NCBI GenBank assembly: GCA_033764955.1
Contig: JANRIL010000014.1
Coordinates: forward strand, 1 to 28,180
From: Cyanobacteriota bacterium
GTDB lineage: Bacteria > Cyanobacteriota > Cyanobacteriia > Thermostichales > Thermostichaceae
Reading direction: 5' to 3'
Length of the DNA stretch: 28,180 bases
The notes under the pieces are model-generated. The model was given only the letters and a program-made list of their open reading frames with translations. It was not told where the DNA came from and did not search any database. The translations under genes and the position numbers were made by a program. This document shows positions 9,744 through 18,988 of this stretch, piece by piece. Within the stretch, counting starts at the first letter, position 1; each line of letters begins with the position of its first letter.

Positions 9744-10616
9744 GTGCCAGAATTGCCTGAAGTAGAGACAGTTCGCCGCGACCTTGAACGGTTTACGGTG
9801 GGTGAACGGGTTCAATCAGTCCAGGTTTTGTTGGCACGTACCCTGGCCTTTCCTGAGCGGGTAGATGACCTCGAGGGTTGGCTGCTAGGTCGGCAGTTTT
9901 TGGGTTGGCAACGACGCGGCAAATATTTGTTAGGCATCCTCGATCAAGGGATCCGCTTGGGGGTGCATTTGCGGATGACCGGACAGTTGCTCTGGCTAGC
10001 CTCTGGGGTGGATGTCAGCAAGCACACCCGCTTGATTATGAGGATGGAGAGCGGGTGGCAACTGCACTTTGTTGATCAGCGCACCTTTGGACAGATCTGG
10101 GGGATCCCGGTGGATCAGCCCACAGAAGCTATTATTCCAGCCTGGGCAAAACTGGGTCCGGAGCCATTTTCCCCAGAGTTTAGTTTGGATTATTGGTCGC
10201 AACAGTTACGCCGACGGCAAGCCTCCATCAAAACGGTTCTGCTGGATCAACGCTTGGTGGCCGGAGTGGGCAACATCTATGCCGATGAATCTTTGTTTTT
10301 GAGTCGCATTCATCCGCAATCGCTAGCCTGTCAGCTTTCCCCTTCTCAGGCCGATACCTTACACCACCAGCTCATTCATGTGCTGCGGGAGGCGGTTGAG
10401 CAACGGGGTACTACCTTTCGGGATTATCGAGATGCACGGGGCATTAACGGCAACTATCAAGGACAAGCCTGGGTTTATGGGCGAGCAGGGGATCCCTGTC
10501 GTGTTTGCCAACATCCTATCGAACGCCTCAAACTAGCCGGGCGATCCGCCCATTTTTGCCCCCAATGCCAACCACCGCCCAGCAGGACAACTCCCACACA
10601 ACCAGAGGATCCCTGA
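9744..10616 (+). CDS. mutM: Formamidopyrimidine-DNA glycosylase
   Basis: N-terminal PELPEVE, RRGKYL, HLRMTG, GVGNIYADE and a C-terminal zinc finger CRVC..CPQCQ. Confidence 0.98.
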   Translation: MPELPEVETVRRDLERFTVGERVQSVQVLLARTLAFPERVDDLEGWLLGRQFLGWQRRGKYLLGILDQGIRLGVHLRMTGQLLWLASGVDVSKHTRLIMRMESGWQLHFVDQRTFGQIWGIPVDQPTEAIIPAWAKLGPEPFSPEFSLDYWSQQLRRRQASIKTVLLDQRLVAGVGNIYADESLFLSRIHPQSLACQLSPSQADTLHHQLIHVLREAVEQRGTTFRDYRDARGINGNYQGQAWVYGRAGDPCRVCQHPIERLKLAGRSAHFCPQCQPPPSRTTPTQPEDP

Positions 10617-10617
10617 T

Positions 10618-11532
10618 CTAGAGACAATACACTTGTCCATCCACCAGCAAATACTGAATGCCTTTGTCCTGCAATTGCGGACGTACCACCTCCAGCAGGT
10701 GCCCCGAAAACTGAATGACCCGATGGGGGGGGCTGCCGTTACGCTTGCTCATTTCGGAAAAGCGGCGAGCCACGCGGTGGCTATCAAAAATAGGTAGGGT
10801 ATTGGTCTGGGGCGTGTGATCGGGGGTAATACCAATGTCCGACAAATCCTGTGCGGAATATCCCACCAAAAAATCCTTGAGGGGGCGAGTGGTGAGTTCT
10901 TGAAAGCGATCCACAACCGCGTAACACATGGGGGGAGCAACCAGTTCCTCTAACTGATAAATGTGTAGGTTGGGGATGGGTTTGCTGGCGAGTCCTGTGG
11001 GATCCTCAGACAGGGATCCGCTCGTCTCCTCATCCTCCTCGTCTTCCTCATCCTCCTCGTCTTCCGGCAAAACATGCTCCAGGTTCAGTTCCTGAAGCTC
11101 GGCAGCTACTTCAGCCACAGGCAAATTCGTCAAATCGGGTGCTTCATCCCCATTCAGGATGGGATCCATTTCCTCCGCCTCGATAGCTAACCCTTCTTGC
11201 CAAAGGGGTTCTACAAAAGATTCCTCTGTTGTTTCTAAGGGATCGGAACCAAAAGTGTCCTCTGTAGGACTAAGTTCGGGGAGATCTGTTGCTCCCAGAG
11301 GTAAGACACTCAGTTGAGCCATCTCTGGCGGCTCCTCTTTGCGACGGTTGCCCCGCCGGGTGCTGACCAATGCTTGATACCGCTCAGGAGAAAGGTGTTC
11401 CTTGAGAATGCGGGTAACCGTACTGACACTCACCTGATGCTGGTCAGCCAGTTGTGCCAACGTTGCCCCCAGTTCCGTGTAGGCGTGAACGAGAGACAGT
11501 TGATCGTGTTCCGTCAGTTTGTTACGAACCAT
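10618..11532 (-). CDS. Hypothetical protein with N-terminal HTH, acidic linker and conserved C-terminal domain
   Basis: HTH-like TLAQLADQHQVSVSTVTRILK, an EDEEDEEDEEDEE tract, and C-terminal CYAVVDR..EL.TRPL..TLPIFDSHRVARRF recalled from cyanobacterial hypotheticals. Confidence 0.8.
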   Translation of the reverse strand: MVRNKLTEHDQLSLVHAYTELGATLAQLADQHQVSVSTVTRILKEHLSPERYQALVSTRRGNRRKEEPPEMAQLSVLPLGATDLPELSPTEDTFGSDPLETTEESFVEPLWQEGLAIEAEEMDPILNGDEAPDLTNLPVAEVAAELQELNLEHVLPEDEEDEEDEEDEETSGSLSEDPTGLASKPIPNLHIYQLEELVAPPMCYAVVDRFQELTTRPLKDFLVGYSAQDLSDIGITPDHTPQTNTLPIFDSHRVARRFSEMSKRNGSPPHRVIQFSGHLLEVVRPQLQDKGIQYLLVDGQVYCL

Positions 11533-11589
11533 GGATCGTTACCTAGCAAAATAAATCCAAAAGATAGACAAACAAGCTCAAACGGATAG

Positions 11590-12594
11590 TTACGGTTGAG
11601 GGGCGACCTTCACTTGGCAACTCGCCAGTTGTGCATCTAAGGTGGGGCGGTGCAAGTCTTGACCAATCAGGACAATTTTGGAGCGTTTGACCTGTGGAGG
11701 TGGATGCCCTTGATCCAAAAAGAAGGTTTGTCGTCGCCCCACTTGATGAAAAATCAACCGTTCACTTTCCCCTGCAATCCATAAAACACCCTTGGCTCGA
11801 AAGATGCTATCTGGCAAATCCTGCAAGGTATCCCGCAGCCGTTCTAAGTCAAGAGGATAGTCCAGCAAAAAGCTCTCCGATTGAATAGGATCTGCCGCTA
11901 AATGGTTGGGATGGGCGGGATGGGGATCCCGATCCGGCTCCTGATGGTCTCTGGGCTGGGTATCTGATCCTAAATGGGATGACCACTCCTCTGGGTTGAA
12001 GGCATGGATATCTAACAGTTGGGCTATCGGTACCTGAGCGTGAGTGGTGGACAGCAAAATAGCATCCGGGTTGAAGCGTTGGATATCTTGAGTAATGAGC
12101 AACTGCTCAGCAGAGGGGATCAAATCAATTTTATTCAGAACCAGAATATCAGCGGCAGCGATCTGATGGCGAGCGGTTTGGGATCGCTGCAAATTTGGCC
12201 AATATTCCCCACCATCCACGAGGGTGATGACACCATCCAAGCGTAGATCATTATGAAAAGTGCGCTGAACAAATAATTCTGTTACGGGGCGGGGATCCGC
12301 TACGCCACTGGTTTCCACCAACAAATAGTCTAGTTGATCAACGCGGGTGAGCAGTTGGCGAGCCGCTGCCTCAAAGTCATCTCGAACCGTACAGCAGAGA
12401 CAGCCATTACTCAGTTCCAGAAGGCTATCTTGAGGAACTTGGATCAGATCCCCATCAATCGACACTTCCCCAAACTCGTTGAGAATGACCCCAATGCGAA
12501 GCTGATGCTCAGCCGTTAGGATACGGTTCAGCAGGGTTGTTTTGCCACTCCCTAAAAAGCCAGACAGAATCGTGACTGGCAGTTGTTTCTTCAT
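11590..12594 (-). CDS. COG0523/CobW-family G3E metallochaperone GTPase
   Basis: GFLGSGKTT, NEFGE, the GCLCC metal motif, ETSG, NKID, a His-containing linker, and a CobW_C-like RAKGV..QVG. Confidence 0.93.
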   Translation of the reverse strand: MKKQLPVTILSGFLGSGKTTLLNRILTAEHQLRIGVILNEFGEVSIDGDLIQVPQDSLLELSNGCLCCTVRDDFEAAARQLLTRVDQLDYLLVETSGVADPRPVTELFVQRTFHNDLRLDGVITLVDGGEYWPNLQRSQTARHQIAAADILVLNKIDLIPSAEQLLITQDIQRFNPDAILLSTTHAQVPIAQLLDIHAFNPEEWSSHLGSDTQPRDHQEPDRDPHPAHPNHLAADPIQSESFLLDYPLDLERLRDTLQDLPDSIFRAKGVLWIAGESERLIFHQVGRRQTFFLDQGHPPPQVKRSKIVLIGQDLHRPTLDAQLASCQVKVAPQP

Positions 12595-12688
12595 AGGGCA
12601 ATAGGGACGGGAAAAGGCGCTTATTTATCTTAATGGATTAAGAACCCCCGGCTTCCCCACTTTGTTCCCCCAATCTCCACTGAAGAGT

Positions 12689-14197
12689 TTAGCGAGGGGA
12701 TCCATGCCCAGAGATGACTACCCAGACGGTGCGAGCCAGAATGTAGAGATCCATCCAGATCGACCAATTTCTCACATAATAAATATCCAGGTTGAGGCGT
12801 TGTTCAAAAGTCAAGGAATTGCGTCCCGATACCTGCCATAGCCCCGTTAGTGCGGGAGTTACCTGCAAAATGATCTGCTCCTTGCCCTGCATATCAGGAA
12901 TTTCCCGCGACATATAAGCACGCGGCCCCACCAAACTCATTTCCCCCCGCAGCACATTCCACAACTGCGGAAGTTCATCCAGGCTGTAGCGCCGCAACAC
13001 ATGACCGATGCGGGTGACTCGCGGATCCTGAGGCAGTTTGTGATAGGTTTCGTATTGCTGGCGGGCTTCGGGATCCTGGTTGAGAATATCCTGTAGCCGT
13101 TGCTCGGCATCCTGATACATACTGCGGAATTTGAAGGCTTTGAAGGTGCTGCCATGTTTACCCAGGCGCTCTTGGGCATAGATAAAGGAGCCAGGAGATT
13201 CCAGTTGCACCAAAACAGCGATGATCAGCAAGAAGGGTAGGGTGATCAAAATACCCAGTCCGGCTCCCAGCTTATCGATGACGTGTTTGATCAGTTGGCT
13301 ACGAGGATTGAGTAATTCCTGCTTAATTTCCAGACCCATCACCCCACTCAAGTCTTTCGTCTCTACCCACAAGCTGGAAAAACCCGCCAGATCGGGAATC
13401 AGCAGCAGATGCTGAAATCGTTGTCCATAGGTTTGAATGATCGTCGCCAGTTGATCCGAGGGGATCCCTGGGGTGGGCAAAATCGCGTAGGGAATTTTCT
13501 GGATATCGGTTGGTTGCCAGGGATCCCTATCTCGCAAGAGGGGAAGGGATGCGTAGGCAGTAGGAGGATCGGCTGAGGGAACTGGGGAAGGTTGAGGACA
13601 GGGGTTGAGGGTAGCAATCGGTTTTAAGCCCAAGGAGGAGTGTTGTTGCAAAATCTGCATGAGCGCCTCCGCTTGGGATCCCTCTGCCAAGATGACGGCG
13701 GCATGTCCCCACCACCAGCGTCGGGAGCAGGTAGCTTCTATCACCGCCCTACCCAGAGGAACTAGCAATAGGCTGAGGATCCAGGAGATTAAAAAGACGG
13801 ATCGAGAAAAGTCATCCGTACTCCTCAGCAGAAACAAAACAACAGTGGTTGTCAAATACATTTGGCTGGTTGCCAGGGTCAACCGCTTGAGAATCAGAGC
13901 TGGATTGAGAGCTACCCCTGGATAAAGCCCTTTGGTGGCATAGATCAAGAGGGTTAAAGGAACCAATGGCCAAAAGGGCAGGGTGTCCTCCAGAAGGAGA
14001 GGAGAGCCTGTGATGAGACTCCGCACCAAACAACTGCTTACCCCACTCAAAACGAGGGCTAGAGCGTCGGTCATCACCAGCAGAGCAGTGGTTAGGCGAG
14101 GTCGAGCCAGTCGATCCGCGATCAAGGCGTAGCTGGACGGAAAGGGTAGGAGATGGGCTAATTCAGGAGTTGGTGACAGCAGATTTTCGGCTCTCAT
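12689..14197 (-). CDS. wbaP: Undecaprenyl-phosphate sugar-1-phosphate transferase (WbaP family)
   Basis: N-terminal TM helices and a C-terminal Bac_transf domain (KFRSM, DPRVT, SLDELPQLWNVLRGEMSLVGPR, TGLWQVSGR, DIYYVRNWS). Confidence 0.88.
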   Translation of the reverse strand: MRAENLLSPTPELAHLLPFPSSYALIADRLARPRLTTALLVMTDALALVLSGVSSCLVRSLITGSPLLLEDTLPFWPLVPLTLLIYATKGLYPGVALNPALILKRLTLATSQMYLTTTVVLFLLRSTDDFSRSVFLISWILSLLLVPLGRAVIEATCSRRWWWGHAAVILAEGSQAEALMQILQQHSSLGLKPIATLNPCPQPSPVPSADPPTAYASLPLLRDRDPWQPTDIQKIPYAILPTPGIPSDQLATIIQTYGQRFQHLLLIPDLAGFSSLWVETKDLSGVMGLEIKQELLNPRSQLIKHVIDKLGAGLGILITLPFLLIIAVLVQLESPGSFIYAQERLGKHGSTFKAFKFRSMYQDAEQRLQDILNQDPEARQQYETYHKLPQDPRVTRIGHVLRRYSLDELPQLWNVLRGEMSLVGPRAYMSREIPDMQGKEQIILQVTPALTGLWQVSGRNSLTFEQRLNLDIYYVRNWSIWMDLYILARTVWVVISGHGSPR

Positions 14198-14828
14198 GGT
14201 GTCAGGCAGTCCAAAGCAGAAAACTAGGGAAATTCTTGAGCGTCACCATCAAGAATTTGCATAGAGCTAATTCAACACCATTTTCTCGGCATCAGGGAGA
14301 AATGCCCTCTATTTCGTGGGACTTATCGGAGACAACACATAATTCCTCAAAATGTTAGGAGCAATTTTAGAATTTAACCCTCATAACCTCCCTTTACTCC
14401 CACAGATGACTAAGAACATAGAGGAGCAAGGTCGGCTAGGTTTGACCCCAATCGAACCAATGACTGATGAAGCCTGCTTCTCTAACATATCCCCACTGGG
14501 CTAAGTAGATTAACTGAGTGGAGAAGCATGTATTTTTACTGAGGAGCGAAAAAGCATCGGGAACCACAGGTCAATCGTACTATTCCCCCTCAAAGTCGTA
14601 AAGTATGATGGATCAAGTTAGGCTTATCGATGCGTTGTTAAGGCTACAAAATCTAGACAAGCTATAGACAGATTCCTTGCTAAATGGGGATCCGCAATCT
14701 ATATTTCTGGGGTAATCTCTGACCATTTGAGGATAATTGGGAATGCCTGAATTTTTGCTGAATATAAAAAATAACATCCTGATCTCGTAGAATTTCTGTT
14801 GTGTTTGAATCAATTAGATCACTCAAAT

Positions 14829-15629
14829 TCAGACCCACAGCACCAACCCAGCCAACCCTACCGCCAGCCCTGCTGCCAGTGTGGTTTGAATGCCATTGAC
14901 CAGTTCATTGGTGAGCCAAGGAACATGGGGCTGCCAGACCACACCGATCCAACTTTCGGCGGTGGTGGCGAGCATGGCGGATATCCAACAGATAGCTATC
15001 CATAAAGGGGGAGATAAAGTCCCCAGCCAGGTTCCCCCTACGCCAACGGCCAACACCGTCAAGCCTGCCGCCGCTGCCATGCCAGCTAGGGATCCCTCTC
15101 GGCTAACCGCCCCCTCCGTACCCGCCGGGACTTGCTCCCAAGTGGTGATCAAAAAGGTCGTCTTGCCATAGGCTTTGCCGATTTCACTGCTCGTGGTATC
15201 GGCTAATTTGGCCGCAAAACTGGCAGCATAGGCCAGCCACCACAACGGATCCGGCAGCAAAACGTTGCCCAGGGCACAGACTGCCCCCGTTAGGGCGGAT
15301 CCCCAGACATTTTCAGGGCCACGGGATCCCCCGCGTTTTTCGGCAATCCCTTTGGCTTGTTTGGCTTTTAGCCCCAGCTTAGTCACGGCGGTTCCCAGCA
15401 GAAAGTAAGCGGATACCACCAGATAGCCCCGCCAGCCCAACCCCGCCCAGACCACCACCCCCAACACCCAAGCATGTAACACCCCCGCCGGCGTCAGGGC
15501 TTTTTGGGGACTGAAATAGCCGATCAGGGCAATCGGGGTATTGATCGCTAGCGCCATCAGCCAGGGTTGCCCCGCCACCGCCAGGGATCCCGCCCCCCCC
15601 CAAGCAAGGTTTTCGATCCCATTGAGCAT
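14829..15629 (-). CDS. DUF92/TIGR00297 membrane protein (TMEM19/VTE6-like)
   Basis: Motifs GIAEKRGG.RGPENVWGS, KLADTTSSEIGK, GTEGAVS.EG, AESWIG and NELVN; multiple TM segments. Confidence 0.9.
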   Translation of the reverse strand: MLNGIENLAWGGAGSLAVAGQPWLMALAINTPIALIGYFSPQKALTPAGVLHAWVLGVVVWAGLGWRGYLVVSAYFLLGTAVTKLGLKAKQAKGIAEKRGGSRGPENVWGSALTGAVCALGNVLLPDPLWWLAYAASFAAKLADTTSSEIGKAYGKTTFLITTWEQVPAGTEGAVSREGSLAGMAAAAGLTVLAVGVGGTWLGTLSPPLWIAICWISAMLATTAESWIGVVWQPHVPWLTNELVNGIQTTLAAGLAVGLAGLVLWV

Positions 15630-15742
15630 GATGGTGGATCCCCCTGATGACTGCCTCTATCCTAAGCAACATTAAGAATGATACGGTTAACGATGACTTT
15701 ACTAACCAAGCCATACTTTAGGATGTGGGGAGTGGACATTTG

Positions 15743-16717
15743 ATGGAAGCGGTGGGAAAAACAGTTCGGATCCCACGGGAGATGCAGGGCGCGCCCGCCG
15801 AGTTTTTTAATCCGACCTTGGTGATGTTTTTAGCCTCAGTCGTGCTGAGTGCCTGTTGCTTTGCCGGATACAGTGTTTGGGATTGGCCCCGTTGGTTAGT
15901 CTTTTGGCTGAACTTTCTCTCGCTTTACGTGTTGGGCACGGTCATTCATGATGCTTCCCACGGTTCCGCTCACCGCATTTTTTGGTTAAACGAAGCCCTC
16001 GGACATGGTTCGGCTCTTTTGCAGGGGTTTGTTTATCCAGTATTCAAGCGGGTACATCTGGAGCACCATGCCCATGTCAATGATCCCCAGCAGGATCCCG
16101 ACCATTACGTTTCGACGGGTGGGCCGCTTTGGTTGATTGCTCCGCGTTTTTTCTATCACGAGGTGTATTTTTTTAAGCGGCAATTGTGGCGGAAGGGGCG
16201 CTGGGATTTGTTGGAGTGGATCTTGAGTCGCTCGGTGGTGGTGGTCACCTTTAGTCTGGCCATCCACTTTGGCTATACCGACTATCTGATGAATTATTGG
16301 TTGCCCCCCGCCTGCATCATGGGTCTTTTGCTGGGGTTATTTTTTGATTATTTGCCCCATCGCCCTTTTGAAGATCAACGCCGCTGGCACAATGCCAGAG
16401 TCTATCCGGGTTGGATCACCAATATTTTGTTATTGGGGCAAAACTATCATTTGATTCATCATTTGTGGCCGGGGATACCTTGGTATCAATATCAGGCTGC
16501 TTATGGCATTGCTAAACCGTTGCTGGATAAACATGGCAGCAAACAAACTCTTGGTATTTGGGAAGGCCAGCAATTTTGGAGTTTTTTGTATGATGTGTTG
16601 ATTGGCATTCGTTGGCATTCCACTGATTCTAAACACCACTCTCTATTCAGTCAGCATGAGCAGACCGAATCGGATCCTAGTAATCTGGATTATCTGGAGA
16701 TGAACGCCTATGATTGA
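15743..16717 (+). CDS. crtR: Beta-carotene hydroxylase (membrane fatty-acid-desaturase fold)
   Basis: His boxes HDASH, HLEHH and HLIHH, plus DPDH, LFFDYLPHRPF and GQNYH. ATG 15743 follows GGAG/GGA; alternative GTG start at 15725. Confidence 0.92.
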   Translation: MEAVGKTVRIPREMQGAPAEFFNPTLVMFLASVVLSACCFAGYSVWDWPRWLVFWLNFLSLYVLGTVIHDASHGSAHRIFWLNEALGHGSALLQGFVYPVFKRVHLEHHAHVNDPQQDPDHYVSTGGPLWLIAPRFFYHEVYFFKRQLWRKGRWDLLEWILSRSVVVVTFSLAIHFGYTDYLMNYWLPPACIMGLLLGLFFDYLPHRPFEDQRRWHNARVYPGWITNILLLGQNYHLIHHLWPGIPWYQYQAAYGIAKPLLDKHGSKQTLGIWEGQQFWSFLYDVLIGIRWHSTDSKHHSLFSQHEQTESDPSNLDYLEMNAYD

Positions 16718-16747
16718 TGATCAAAATTAGGGATCCGTTGCTCAGCC

Positions 16748-17674
16748 ATGACCATTCCCTATTTACAAAGTTCTAAAGTATCCATTTTTATTGAGGCGGC
16801 CAAGATTCTTTTGGTATCGAGCCAGCAGCTACTAGACAGTGCCGTTCTAGAAGCCGATTTGCCCTTAGCTATTGATGAGGCATTGCAGATAGCTCAAGCC
16901 TATCAACAGGCTCATGCGGATGAATGGAGGGATCCCGAACAACAAGAAAGGATCCAACAGATTCAAGATATTTTGAAGTTATTACCTCCTCTAGAGATTT
17001 TAGGGTTGATCCGGGATGTCATTGATCAGGGGCAAGGAGCCGATCTGGAATCGTTTTTAGATGCTTTGCCCACGATTGGATCTGAGATGACTTCCCTGCG
17101 CTACCCCAAAATACTGGTTTGTCCTGAGGCGATGTCATTGTGGTTATCTCGGTTGGATAGCAGTCATTTTTCCTGCGACGATCAACAGGCGCTTCACAGT
17201 AATTTGGCGGAGATGCAACTCAAACTAGAAGAATTAGCTCAGATTCGGGGGGTTGATCTGACTCTATTACGCTTAGCCGTTCAAGAAAGATTGAGATCAT
17301 TCTCCACCGATCAGTTAGCACAAGTCCTTCAAGCCTTTTTGTTAGAAGACGAGCTCGAATCCGGTCAAAATCTGGAGGGATCCCAGGCTATTACGGTAGC
17401 AGGACCAGTGCTGTTAATGCAGATCATTGATCATTTATTAGATCATGAGGGCACTGATTTAACCAGTGATCAACAACTAGATTTACAAATGTCGCGGGTC
17501 AAGGCAGAAGCCAAATATCGAGCCATGCAAAAGCTAGGTCGTATTGAAAATCTTGAGCAACAACAAGAAATTATTCGGGACTGGATTGCCACGCAATCAA
17601 CCCATCAGCTATGGGTAGCTCTAGGAGAGTTTTTTGCAAGCGCTGAAAACGATGCCGACGAGGCAGAAATATAA
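16748..17674 (+). CDS. Hypothetical acidic, Leu/Gln-rich helical protein
   Basis: 308-aa ORF 30 nt after crtR on the same strand. No family recognised; appears internally repeated. Confidence 0.75.
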   Translation: MTIPYLQSSKVSIFIEAAKILLVSSQQLLDSAVLEADLPLAIDEALQIAQAYQQAHADEWRDPEQQERIQQIQDILKLLPPLEILGLIRDVIDQGQGADLESFLDALPTIGSEMTSLRYPKILVCPEAMSLWLSRLDSSHFSCDDQQALHSNLAEMQLKLEELAQIRGVDLTLLRLAVQERLRSFSTDQLAQVLQAFLLEDELESGQNLEGSQAITVAGPVLLMQIIDHLLDHEGTDLTSDQQLDLQMSRVKAEAKYRAMQKLGRIENLEQQQEIIRDWIATQSTHQLWVALGEFFASAENDADEAEI

Positions 17675-17775
17675 AAGACTTCCTTCTCTTGAACTGGGTA
17701 AACTCTGCGGTCATCCGTAGCAGTGAGCGGATAGGGAATGCTATAAAAACTCCTAGTGTGGTTGAGGGATGAGCC

Positions 17776-18918
17776 ATGAGTAGTTTGGCAGAATACACCT
17801 ATCGTCAGGGAGAATCCCCCCGCTTTGTCTGGGGATTTGTCGGATCCCTCCTCCTCCATTTTCTGCTACTCCTGGCAGTAATTTATAGTCCTGTGGTGGA
17901 GCCACCCAAGGAAGACCTGATCCAATTTACGTTGGTGGATCCCGAAGATATCGAACCACCAGAAACAGAGCGGCAGGCTCAAGCCAACTCCCAGGATGCC
18001 GGGGATCCCCAACCACTACCCCCCTCTGAAGGTAGCCCCCCCAAAGCTCAAGCTGCTCCCCCTCCCCCACCAGCACCGCGCCCCCCTCAACCGGCTGTGC
18101 AACCTCCTCCCCAACCCGTGGCGGCCAAACCCCCAGTTCCTCAGCCACCCCCTCAGCCTGCTCCGACTCCCCCTCCCCCTGCTCCCAAGCCGACAGCCCT
18201 AGCCACCCCAACACCCACCCCGACTCCGACTCCAACACCCACCCCGACTTCCCTCCCAACCGTTGCCTCTACGCCGAAGCCAACGGTAGCGCCCACCCCC
18301 GCCCCTATTGTCGCCGCTGCTACTCCCCAGCCTCAGCCTACGCAAGCACCCGTCCAGCCAACTGAACGAACTTCTGAACCGAGTCAGTTGGAACCGATTA
18401 CTTCCGCTCCGGTATCATCGGCTCCCAACAATTCCCAATCTGCTTCTCAATCAACTGGGGAAACACGGCAATCGGATGCTTCCCAATTGGGGCCACCGAT
18501 TACGTCGGCGGCTAGCCAGGGATCCGGCACTCAGGGATCCAGTTCTAGTGGAGTAGCTAACCCCAGCCAAGCTGCCCCTGGCAACCCCAGTCTGGCCGCC
18601 AGAGCCAATGTGGATTGGGGGCCGTGGTTAGCGGCTCTGCAACGGAAAGTCGAGCAAAATTGGATCCCTGGGCAATCCCAAGCCTCCCGCCGCACCGTGA
18701 TCCTCTTCACCGTAGGGCGGAATGGAGAGTTACAAGGAGCGCGTCTAGGCAGAACCTCCGGTAGTCAACAAACGGATGATGCTGCCTTGAGTGCGATTCA
18801 ACGAGCCGCCCCTTTTCTCCCCCTCCCTCCCGAATACAACGGCTCCTCTGTCTCCATCAATTTCACTTTTGATATCAATGTTTTGGGCGAGCTAAGTGTA
18901 GGCAGTAGCGGCCCCTAA
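17776..18918 (+). CDS. TonB-family protein (N-terminal TM anchor, Pro-rich linker, TonB C-terminal domain)
   Basis: TM segment with S-x3-H (GSLLLH), a long P/T/Q/S linker, and C-terminal W..NWIP..F.VGRNG..SG..DDAAL.AIQRAAPF.PLP..I.FTF. Confidence 0.88.
   Translation: MSSLAEYTYRQGESPRFVWGFVGSLLLHFLLLLAVIYSPVVEPPKEDLIQFTLVDPEDIEPPETERQAQANSQDAGDPQPLPPSEGSPPKAQAAPPPPPAPRPPQPAVQPPPQPVAAKPPVPQPPPQPAPTPPPPAPKPTALATPTPTPTPTPTPTPTSLPTVASTPKPTVAPTPAPIVAAATPQPQPTQAPVQPTERTSEPSQLEPITSAPVSSAPNNSQSASQSTGETRQSDASQLGPPITSAASQGSGTQGSSSSGVANPSQAAPGNPSLAARANVDWGPWLAALQRKVEQNWIPGQSQASRRTVILFTVGRNGELQGARLGRTSGSQQTDDAALSAIQRAAPFLPLPPEYNGSSVSINFTFDINVLGELSVGSSGP
18205..18249 (+). repeat. Coding 6-nt-period repeat (TP)7T in the TonB linker
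   Basis: ACC CCA ACA CCC ACC CCG ACT CCG ACT CCA ACA CCC ACC CCG ACT. Confidence 0.9.
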
Positions 18919-18988
18919 CAGATCTCCCTTGGGCAGAGTAACAGCATGGATTCTTAATAGGCAGAAATTAAGGCACAAAAAATCATCA

